Source: Vicinamibacterales bacterium (GTDB lineage Bacteria > Acidobacteriota > Vicinamibacteria > Vicinamibacterales > UBA8438). Taken from it: DNA of 32,000 nucleotides. The stretch is from NCBI GenBank assembly GCA_965214845.1, contig CBDCCO010000007.1:5748549-5780548 (forward strand), in the 5' to 3' direction. Shown here one piece after another: positions 9,548 through 16,175 of this stretch; positions within the stretch are counted from its first letter, which is position 1, and the number at the start of each line of letters is the position of its first letter. The notes under the pieces are model-generated. The model worked only from the letters and a program-made list of their open reading frames with translations, searched no databases and was not told the origin of the DNA. Both the position numbers and the translations under genes were made by a program.

Positions 9548-9554
9548 GACGACA

Positions 9555-9560
9555 ATTATA
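9555..9560 (-). promoter_or_regulatory. Candidate -10 box (TATAAT on the minus strand) for the RHH/MazF operon
   Basis: A perfect TATAAT lies in the only AT-rich patch of this intergenic region, 7 nt upstream of ATG 9547, next to the palindrome tagcta. Confidence 0.3.
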
Positions 9561-9622
9561 GCTAGTAGAATAAGCAGCAGAGTAGCTACGATGAACGCCG
9601 ACGGTCAGGCACGCCCGACGCA

Positions 9623-12472
9623 ATGATCGATCCGATCGCGAACGCCGCCACGCGGGCGGGTTGCTGCTGCGTCCTGGCCATGGTGCTGGCGGCGGGCGGC
9701 GTCCGTGCCGGCCAACCCCCCGCCCCGGCGTCCCCGGCGCCGCGCGCCGCGGTCGGCATCGTGCCGTTCACGAACCTGAGCCGCGCGGCGGCGGACCGCT
9801 GGATCGGCCGCGGCATCGCGGTCGCGCTCGCCGCCGACCTGCGGCGCGAGCACGGGCTCGAGGTCCTCGACGGCGTCCTGGGCGGCGAGTCGGCGGTCGC
9901 CGGCGACGAGGACGCCGCGCTGCGTTTCGCCCGCGAGCTCGGTGCGCGGTGGCTCGTGGCCGGAGACTACCAGCGGATCGGCGACGGGCTGCGCATCACC
10001 GCGCGCCTGATCGACGTTGCGACCGGCGTCGCCGCGCACGCCGAGCGCGTCGACGGCACGGTCGGCGAGCTGTTCGCGCTGCAAGATCGTCTCGCGGCCG
10101 CGCTCGGCCCCCGCCTGCGGGGCGCGAGCACGGCGGGCCGGCCCGCCGTGCCCCGGCCTGTTGCGGCCCCGCCGGCCGCGGCCCTGCCAGCGGCCGACCC
10201 GCCGAGCCCGGCGGGTCCGGTCCGCGCGCCGGCCAGCGGCCTGGCCGCGCCGACCCTGGCCATCTACGGCCCGCCGCCGCCGGTGGCGCCCGAAGTCGTC
10301 GCCCGGGACGCCGCCGGCCGCCTCACCATTCGCGCCGTCCGGCTCGCGGCGCCCATCGCGTTCGACGGTCGGCTCGACGACGAGATCTACACGACCGTGC
10401 CGCCGCTGTCCGACTTCATCCAGCAGGAGCCGCAGGAGGGGGCGCCGGCCACGGAGCGGACCGACGCGTGGGTGTTCTTCGACGACGAGCGCGTCTACTT
10501 CTCGTTCCGCGTCTGGGAGACCGCGCCGGAGCGCGTCATCGCCAACGAGATGCGGCGCGACAACTCCAACGTGTACCAGAACGACCACATCGCCTTCGTC
10601 ATCGACACGTTCTACGACCGCCGCAACGCGCTGGAGTTCCTCGTCAACCCGATGGGCGGCCGCATGGACGGCCAGATCACCAACGAGCGCTTCTACAACG
10701 GCGACTGGAACCCCATCTGGGACGTCGAGGTCGGCGAGTTCGACGGCGGCTGGACGCTCGAGACCGCCATCCCGTTCAAGTCGATCCGCTATCGGCGCGG
10801 GGCGGCCCAGATCTGGGGCTTCAACGTGCGCCGGGTGAGCATCTGGAAGAACGAGCACTCGTTCCTCACCCGCGTGCCCAGCTCCATGGGCGGCTCGGGG
10901 ATCTTCCTGATGTCGCGGGCGGCGACCCTGGTCGGGATCGAGGCGCCGGTGCAGTCGACGAATCTCGACATCAAGCCGTTCGCCATCATGGACCTGAGCA
11001 GCGACCACCTCGTGCGTCCGGCCATCTCCAACGCGCTCGGCGGCGATGCGGGCCTCGACGTGAAGTACGGCGTCACGCAGAACCTGGTGGCCGACCTGAC
11101 GGTCAACACGGACTTCGCCCAGGTCGAGGCGGACGAGCAGCAGGTGAACCTGACACGGTTCAGCCTGTTCTTTCCCGAGAAGCGCGAGTTCTTCCTCGAG
11201 AACCAGGGTCTGTTCGCGTTCGGCGGCGCCGGCTCCGGCGCGTTCGGAGGCAGCGGCAGCACGCCGATACTCTTCTACAGCCGCCGCATCGGCCTGCACG
11301 AGGGGCGCGAGGTCCCGATCCGGGCCGGCGGGCGGCTGAGCGGCCGCATGGGCCGGTTCAGCGTCGGGGCGCTGAACATCCAGACGGGCGACACGCAGCT
11401 CGGCGGCGCGCCGGCCGACCGGGTGCAGGCCGCGAACTTCACCGTGCTGCGGGTCAAGCGGGACGTGCTGCGGCGCAGCAGCGTCGGCGGCATCTTCACC
11501 CGGCGCGCCGGCTCGCACGGCGGACCCGCGTGGAACGAGGCCTACGGCCTCGACGGCACGTTCTCCTTCTTCGACGACCTCACCATCAACACGTACTGGG
11601 CCCAGACCCGCGCCGCCGAGCGCCTGCAGGACGACGTCAGCTACCGCGGACAGCTCGACTACGCCGGCGACCGCTACGGCGTGCAGCTCGAGCACCTCGT
11701 GGTCGGCGACAACTTCAACCCGGAGGTGGGATTCCTGCAGCGCGACGACTTCGAGCGCAGCTACGGCGCCTTCCGGTTCAGTCCTCGCCCGCACGCCATC
11801 GCGGCCATCCGCAAGCTGTACTTCGAGGGCCGGCTCGACTACTTCACCGACCGGACGGGCGTCGTCGAGACGCGGATCGGCCAGGGGCTCTTCTCCATCG
11901 AGTTCGAGAGCAGCGACCGCTTCGACGCCACCTACACGCGCAGCTACGAGTTTCTCGACCAGCCGTTCCGGATCGCGTCCGACGTGACGATCCCGGTCGG
12001 CGGCTACCGCTTCCAGGACGTGGATCTGCTCTACAGCTTCGGCCTGCAGCGGCGGCTGAGCGGCGGACTGGGCATCCAGCACGGCAGCTTCTTCGGCGGG
12101 GAGAAGACGACCGCGCGGCTCGGACTGGGCGGATTCCGCCGCAGCGGCCGGCTGGAAGTGTCGCCGCAGGTCTCCGTGGAGCCGGGCTTCGAGTACAACC
12201 GCATCACGCTGCCCCAGGGGCAGTTCACCACGCGGCTCGTGACCACGCGGACCACCTACACGGTCACGCCGCTCATGTTCGTCAGCGCGCTGCTGCAGTA
12301 CAACTCCACCAACAACTCGCTGGGCGCCAACGTCCGGCTGCGCTGGGAGTACCAGCCGGGCAGCGAGCTGTTCGTGGTATACAACGAGCAGCGCAACACG
12401 CTGACGCCGCGCATGCCCGTACTGCAGAACCGGGCCCTGATCGTCAAGTTCAACCGCCTGTTCCGGTTCTGA
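9623..12472 (+). CDS. DUF5916 / carbohydrate-binding-family-9-like outer-membrane protein with an N-terminal TolB-N/FlgO-like domain
   Basis: 949-aa ORF with a signal peptide. The CBM9-like region reads 'FDGRLDDEIY...DFIQQEPQEG...NDHIAFVIDTFYDRRNALEF...W..A IPFKSIRY'. A long beta-barrel-like C-terminal region ends in 'KFNRLFRF' (terminal Phe). Confidence 0.75.
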   Translation: MIDPIANAATRAGCCCVLAMVLAAGGVRAGQPPAPASPAPRAAVGIVPFTNLSRAAADRWIGRGIAVALAADLRREHGLEVLDGVLGGESAVAGDEDAALRFARELGARWLVAGDYQRIGDGLRITARLIDVATGVAAHAERVDGTVGELFALQDRLAAALGPRLRGASTAGRPAVPRPVAAPPAAALPAADPPSPAGPVRAPASGLAAPTLAIYGPPPPVAPEVVARDAAGRLTIRAVRLAAPIAFDGRLDDEIYTTVPPLSDFIQQEPQEGAPATERTDAWVFFDDERVYFSFRVWETAPERVIANEMRRDNSNVYQNDHIAFVIDTFYDRRNALEFLVNPMGGRMDGQITNERFYNGDWNPIWDVEVGEFDGGWTLETAIPFKSIRYRRGAAQIWGFNVRRVSIWKNEHSFLTRVPSSMGGSGIFLMSRAATLVGIEAPVQSTNLDIKPFAIMDLSSDHLVRPAISNALGGDAGLDVKYGVTQNLVADLTVNTDFAQVEADEQQVNLTRFSLFFPEKREFFLENQGLFAFGGAGSGAFGGSGSTPILFYSRRIGLHEGREVPIRAGGRLSGRMGRFSVGALNIQTGDTQLGGAPADRVQAANFTVLRVKRDVLRRSSVGGIFTRRAGSHGGPAWNEAYGLDGTFSFFDDLTINTYWAQTRAAERLQDDVSYRGQLDYAGDRYGVQLEHLVVGDNFNPEVGFLQRDDFERSYGAFRFSPRPHAIAAIRKLYFEGRLDYFTDRTGVVETRIGQGLFSIEFESSDRFDATYTRSYEFLDQPFRIASDVTIPVGGYRFQDVDLLYSFGLQRRLSGGLGIQHGSFFGGEKTTARLGLGGFRRSGRLEVSPQVSVEPGFEYNRITLPQGQFTTRLVTTRTTYTVTPLMFVSALLQYNSTNNSLGANVRLRWEYQPGSELFVVYNEQRNTLTPRMPVLQNRALIVKFNRLFRF
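12362..12386. repeat. 25-bp direct repeat, copy 1 (agcgagctgttcgtggtatacaacg)
   Basis: Perfect match to 13971..13995. This copy lies inside the 3' end of the DUF5916 CDS (codons for SELFVVYN). Confidence 0.9.
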
Positions 12473-12544
12473 GCGGACGGCAGGCGTCCCCCGTTTCCGG
12501 CTACGTGCCCGTTGCAGTCCGGCCGAGCGCCGCCCGGTTCTGGC

Positions 12545-12572
12545 TTGGCGATCAGAACAGGATAGGTATAAT
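12545..12572 (+). promoter_or_regulatory. Candidate sigma70-type promoter (TTGGCG-N16-TATAAT) with an overlapping inverted repeat
   Basis: ttggcg lies at 12545-12550 and tataat at 12567-12572. The inverted repeat ataggt...acctat (12562-12583) spans the -10 box. A caggag Shine-Dalgarno sequence at 12591-12596 precedes GTG 12603. Confidence 0.4.
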
Positions 12573-12602
12573 AGGACACCTATTCACCGACAGGAGACAC
12601 CT

Positions 12603-13517
12603 GTGACCGGGACACCAACCACCTTCTGGGAACACGTCGAGGACCTGCGCCGGCGGAGGCTGATTGCCCGCGTCTGGAAAATTGGCCACCTCATCGAGCA
12701 CCTCGAGGGGTCGTTCAAGGCGAATGCCATCAACGTCATTCCGTACAATTCCAGCGTTTCGAGAGAAGGCGCAGGGCTTGGAGACTACGTGAAGAGGGGG
12801 GTCGCTCCCAGGGCATGGCGGGTAGGACGAGGCCAGTTCCAACTGATCGCCGATCCTGAGGACGATGCGTCCACCCGGGCATCCCAGAAGAGCTGGGCGA
12901 TGAAACGAGCGGAGCAGCTCAGAGCGCTGAAGAGGCGGCCGGGTGTTCGGCGGGACACGACTCCGGCGTCGCAGCCTGATCGTTTCGGCCCGGAAAACGA
13001 GTCGGTACCGGGTTCCTCGGAATTGTACTCATCGATACCCGTCACCCTCACCGACTCGGACCGCGAAGCCATCGAGCACCTCACGACCGAGCAGAGAGCC
13101 TTGCACATCGTGAAGAAGCACCTCATCGAGAAGCACGGAGGCCAAGTGACGATCGAAGAGGACGAGGCCGGCGCCGATCTCAGGGTCTCCGTCAGCGGGG
13201 ACAGCGAGAGAATCGAGGTCAAGGGCACCGAGTCGCCGAGCATCGCCTGGCAGCAGCTGAAGGTGTCCAGCCAGAGATCCCACGACGCCCTGGAGAGCCG
13301 CGAGGCGTCGATCTACCGCGTCGTCGATGTCGGCGGCGCGCATCCTCGGATCTACGTTCTGAAGCACGGGCAGCACTTCACGCTGGAGCCTGAGCTCAGA
13401 TGGGCGGTGAAGCGGCTCCCGCCGACAGACGGCCGCTATCCGTTGAGAGGGGAACCTTATCAGTACGATCGTCCATACGATTCAGTTGCGGCGCATGAAT
13501 GGGAGTTCCAGGGGTGA
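12603..13517 (+). CDS. Hypothetical protein with a C-terminal DUF3883-like (PD-(D/E)xK nuclease-like) domain; upstream partner of the PIN toxin
   Basis: 304-aa ORF with a GTG start. The C-terminal region 'GADLRVSVSGDSERIEVKGTESPSIAWQQLKVSSQRSHDALESREASIYRVVDV' matches the D...EVK...hYhV pattern of DUF3883. Its stop overlaps the PIN start (GTGA). Confidence 0.65.
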   Translation: MTGTPTTFWEHVEDLRRRRLIARVWKIGHLIEHLEGSFKANAINVIPYNSSVSREGAGLGDYVKRGVAPRAWRVGRGQFQLIADPEDDASTRASQKSWAMKRAEQLRALKRRPGVRRDTTPASQPDRFGPENESVPGSSELYSSIPVTLTDSDREAIEHLTTEQRALHIVKKHLIEKHGGQVTIEEDEAGADLRVSVSGDSERIEVKGTESPSIAWQQLKVSSQRSHDALESREASIYRVVDVGGAHPRIYVLKHGQHFTLEPELRWAVKRLPPTDGRYPLRGEPYQYDRPYDSVAAHEWEFQG

Positions 13518-13903
13518 TCGTGCTGGATACCCATGCCTGGGTATGGTGGACGATCGATCCTTCGCGACTGGGCGAGACTCAGCGGCAGGCGATAGCCGAC
13601 AGTGAGGGCGACCGGATTGGCGTCAGCGCGATCTCCTGCTGGGAAGTGGCGAAGCTGTGCGAGTACGGACGCCTTGCGTTGCCCGTCGGGCTGTCCGAGT
13701 GGTTCCGAGCCGCGCTCGGCTACCCGGGCGTCACACTCCTCGATCTCACGCCGGAAATTGCCATCGAGTCGACGTCCTTGCCAGGCGTCTTCCATCGCGA
13801 CCCGTCCGACCGGATCATCGTCGCGACCGCCCGAGTACACCGAAGCCCGCTTGTGACCTCCGACGACAAGATCGTCAGCTACCCGCACGTGCAAACGCTG
13901 TAG
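13514..13903 (+). CDS. vapC: PIN-domain (VapC-like) type II toxin ribonuclease
   Basis: I place the start at GTG 13514 (GTGA overlap with the upstream stop). Motifs 'IVLDTHAWVWW', 'DPSDRIIVATA' and 'LVTSDDKI' provide the conserved acidic PIN residues. Confidence 0.85.
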   Translation: MIVLDTHAWVWWTIDPSRLGETQRQAIADSEGDRIGVSAISCWEVAKLCEYGRLALPVGLSEWFRAALGYPGVTLLDLTPEIAIESTSLPGVFHRDPSDRIIVATARVHRSPLVTSDDKIVSYPHVQTL

Positions 13904-13914
13904 CCCGTGGAGGA

Positions 13915-13939
13915 GGGGATCCAGGGGGGGGATCCAGGG
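13915..13939. repeat. Tandem GGGGATCCAGGG x2 (13-bp period) with a G8 run
   Basis: ggggatccaggg occurs at 13915-13926 and again at 13928-13939, and a third 'gggggat' lies at 13944-13950. The repeat sits between the PIN stop and direct-repeat copy 2. Confidence 0.85.
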
Positions 13940-13970
13940 TGCCGGGGGATGCGTTGCCGACGATGGGGAG

Positions 13971-13995
13971 AGCGAGCTGTTCGTGGTATACAACG
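13971..13995. repeat. 25-bp direct repeat, copy 2
   Basis: Perfect match to 12362..12386. It is intergenic, 28 nt upstream of ATG 14024. Confidence 0.9.
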
Positions 13996-14023
13996 TGGTC
14001 CGCAGCGAATCGGGAGGTCCTGT

Positions 14024-15035
14024 ATGAGAAACCGCGCCAACCGTCGCCAACGCCTCGCAGCAGCGTCGTGCTCGATCGCCGCGGCTCTCGTGCTCTCGGC
14101 CGCGCCGGCCGCCGGTCAGGGCGAGAGTGCGTCGCCGGCGGCTCGCACGCCGTGGGGCGACCCCGATCTGCAGGGAATCTGGTACTTCGCCACCGTCACG
14201 CCCATGGAGCCCCGCAGAGCTGGCCGGCCGGGCGGTGCTGACGGAGGAAGAGGCGGCCGCCGTCGAGCAACGGTATGCCACCGCCCGGGACCGGCCGAAT
14301 CCGCGCATCGGGGAGGAGTGTCCCGCGGAGTTCTTCGCCTGCGAGGGGTCGGGGCTCGCGTACGAGTGGCGCATCTGGCTGGACCTCGGCACCACGGTCG
14401 TCAGCACGCGGCGCACGTCGCTGGTGGTGGACCCGCCGGACGGGCGCATCCCCGCGCTGACGCCCGCGGGCGAGGCGCGGCGGCAGGCGGAGCTGGCCGC
14501 GTACGCGCGCGCCGCCGGTCCCGAGGATTTCTTCCTGCACGACCGCTGCGTGGTGGGCTACAACTCCGGACCGCCCTTGACGCCGGGGCCGTCCCTGAAT
14601 CTCGTGCAGGTGTTCCAGAGCCCGGGATTCGTCGCGATCCGGCCGGAGATCGGCGATGCCCGGGTGATCCCGACGGACGGTCGCCCGCGCAGCACGTTCC
14701 GGCAGTGGCAGGGCCAGCCGCGCGGCCGCTGGGAGGGCGACACGCTGGTCGTGGAGACCCGCCACGCGCGCGTCTTCATGAACGCGACGCAGGCGACCCC
14801 GTGGCTGCGCCTCGTCGAACGCTTCACGCGCACGGAGGCTGATACGCTTCTCTACGAGGTGCAGGTCGAGGATCCGACCACCTGGACGCGGCCGTGGGCG
14901 TTCGAGCTGCCGATGACGCGCAGCGCCGGCCCGCTCTACGAGTACGGCTGTCACGAAGGCAACTACTCGCTGCCGGTCATGCTCGGCGGCGCCCGGCTGG
15001 CCGAGCGAAACGCCGCGACGGCGCCCGCGCGCTGA
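14024..15035 (+). pseudogene. Paralog family copy 2, frameshifted near 14210
   Basis: The N-terminus ('MRNRANRR...signal...TPWGDPDLQGIWYFATVTPME') is in the frame of ATG 14024, with a GGGAGG Shine-Dalgarno sequence. The rest ('PAELAGRAVLTEEE...EYGCHEGNY') is in the frame of track ORF 14127..15035. Compared with the four other copies, the conserved Arg codon of '(E/Q)RPAE' is reduced to a single c at 14210. Confidence 0.75.
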
Positions 15036-15063
15036 GCGGCCCCGACCGCTCAGGAGGTGTTCG

Positions 15064-16074
15064 ATGCCGAATCTCGACCGTCGTCTTCCAGCCGGCCTGG
15101 CGTCGTGTTCGATCGTTACCGCCGTGCTGCTGCTGGCGCCCGTGCCGGCCGCCGGCCAGGCCGGCCCGCCGCCCTCGCCGACGCCGTGGGGGGCGCCCGA
15201 TCTGCAGGGCATCTGGAGCTTCGCCACCCTGACGCCGATGCAGCGGCCCGCGGAGCTGGCGGGCCGGGCGGTGCTGACGGCGGAAGAGGCGGCCGCCTAC
15301 GAGCAGCGCGACGCCGAGATTCGCAGCCGGCCGAATCCGGCCACCTTCGACGAAGCGTGTCCCGAGGACTTTCCGTTCTGCAGCCAGGCGCCGCTGGCGT
15401 ACGAGTTCCGCATCTGGCTCGATCGCGGCACCACGGTCGTGAGCACGCGGCGCTCGTCGCTGGTGGTGGACCCGCCGGACGGACGCATCCCCGCGCTGAC
15501 CCCCGCGGCGCAGGCGCAACGGGAAGCGGCGCGCGCCGCCAGCCTGCGGGCCCGCGGCCCGGAGGACCGCAGCACGGTCGACCGCTGCATCGTGGGCTTC
15601 AACGCCGGGCCGCCGGTCACGCCCGGACCGTACCTGAATCACCTGCAGGTGTTCCAGAGCCCGGGCTACGTGGCGCTCCTCCCGGAGATGGGCGATGCCC
15701 GGGTGATCCCAACGGACGGACGCCCGCGGGGCGCCTTCCGGCAGTGGCAGGGCCAGCCGCGCGGCCGCTGGGAGGGCAGCACGCTGGTCGTGGAGACCCG
15801 CCACGCGCGCACGTTCATGCGCGACCCGGCCGGCCCGGCGCTGCGCCTCGAGGAACGCTTCACGCGCGCCGACGACGGCACGCTGCTCTACGAGGTGCGG
15901 GTGGACGACCCGACCACCTGGATCCGGCCGTGGGCGTTCGAGGTGCCGATGACGCGCAGCGCGGGCCCGCTCTACGAGTACGCCTGCCACGAGGGCAACT
16001 ACGCGATGCCCAACATCCTCAGCGCCGCGCGCGCCGAGGAGCGCGCCAGCGCCCCATCACCGCCCACGCGCTGA
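15064..16074 (+). CDS. Secreted hypothetical protein, paralog family copy 3
   Basis: AGGAGG Shine-Dalgarno sequence and a signal peptide. Motifs: 'WGAPDLQGIW', 'SLVVDPPDGRIP', 'GPEDRSTVDRC', 'DARVIPTDGRP', 'RQWQGQPRGRWEGSTLVVET' and 'EYACHEGNY'. It is very similar to copy 2, suggesting tandem duplication. Confidence 0.85.
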   Translation: MPNLDRRLPAGLASCSIVTAVLLLAPVPAAGQAGPPPSPTPWGAPDLQGIWSFATLTPMQRPAELAGRAVLTAEEAAAYEQRDAEIRSRPNPATFDEACPEDFPFCSQAPLAYEFRIWLDRGTTVVSTRRSSLVVDPPDGRIPALTPAAQAQREAARAASLRARGPEDRSTVDRCIVGFNAGPPVTPGPYLNHLQVFQSPGYVALLPEMGDARVIPTDGRPRGAFRQWQGQPRGRWEGSTLVVETRHARTFMRDPAGPALRLEERFTRADDGTLLYEVRVDDPTTWIRPWAFEVPMTRSAGPLYEYACHEGNYAMPNILSAARAEERASAPSPPTR

Positions 16075-16082
16075 CGAGCGCT

Positions 16083-16169
16083 CCGAGGCGCGCACAGCGC
16101 GCCTCGGCGGGAGCGGCGCGGGGCGAAGGGCCCCCGCAAGCGGACGCCGGGGGCTCGGGGCGCAGCCCC
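16083..16169. repeat. Structured GC-rich intergenic repeat element, copy A
   Basis: An 11-bp perfect hairpin (ccgaggcgcgc-aca-gcgcgcctcgg, 16083-16107) is followed by a 62-bp segment (16108-16169) that is near-identical to 21792-21854, with one indel and one substitution. It lies between convergent genes. Confidence 0.8.
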
Positions 16170-16175
16170 GTCCAA

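Larger units (their letters stand above)
12387..13970. other. Putative acquired insert (lower GC) carrying the DUF3883-like/PIN two-gene module
   Basis: Bracketed by the perfect 25-bp direct repeat. It is visibly more AT-rich than the flanks and has its own sigma70-like promoter. No recombinase gene is present. Confidence 0.5.

Noticed and set aside
2129-12606. Very long ORFs on the opposite strand or in alternative frames: 2129..3916-, 2020..3465+, 3528..5897-, 3725..6106+, 6009..7397+, 6058..9000-, 7446..8924+, 9605..12082- and 9661..12606+.
   Set aside because: Their translations are dominated by Arg, Ala, Gly and Pro and lack motifs. Each fully overlaps a frame that encodes a recognisable protein. 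This is the expected stop-codon-poor shadow-ORF artefact of roughly 70% GC DNA.
13996-14023. Whether direct-repeat copy 2 continues into a displaced original 3' end of the DUF5916 gene.
   Set aside because: Reading through copy 2 gives 'SELFVVYNVVRSESGGPV*', which does not resemble the genuine C-terminus '...EQRNTLTPRMPVLQNRALIVKFNRLFRF' that follows copy 1. There is therefore no evidence for a displaced gene end, and similarity is limited to the 25-mer.
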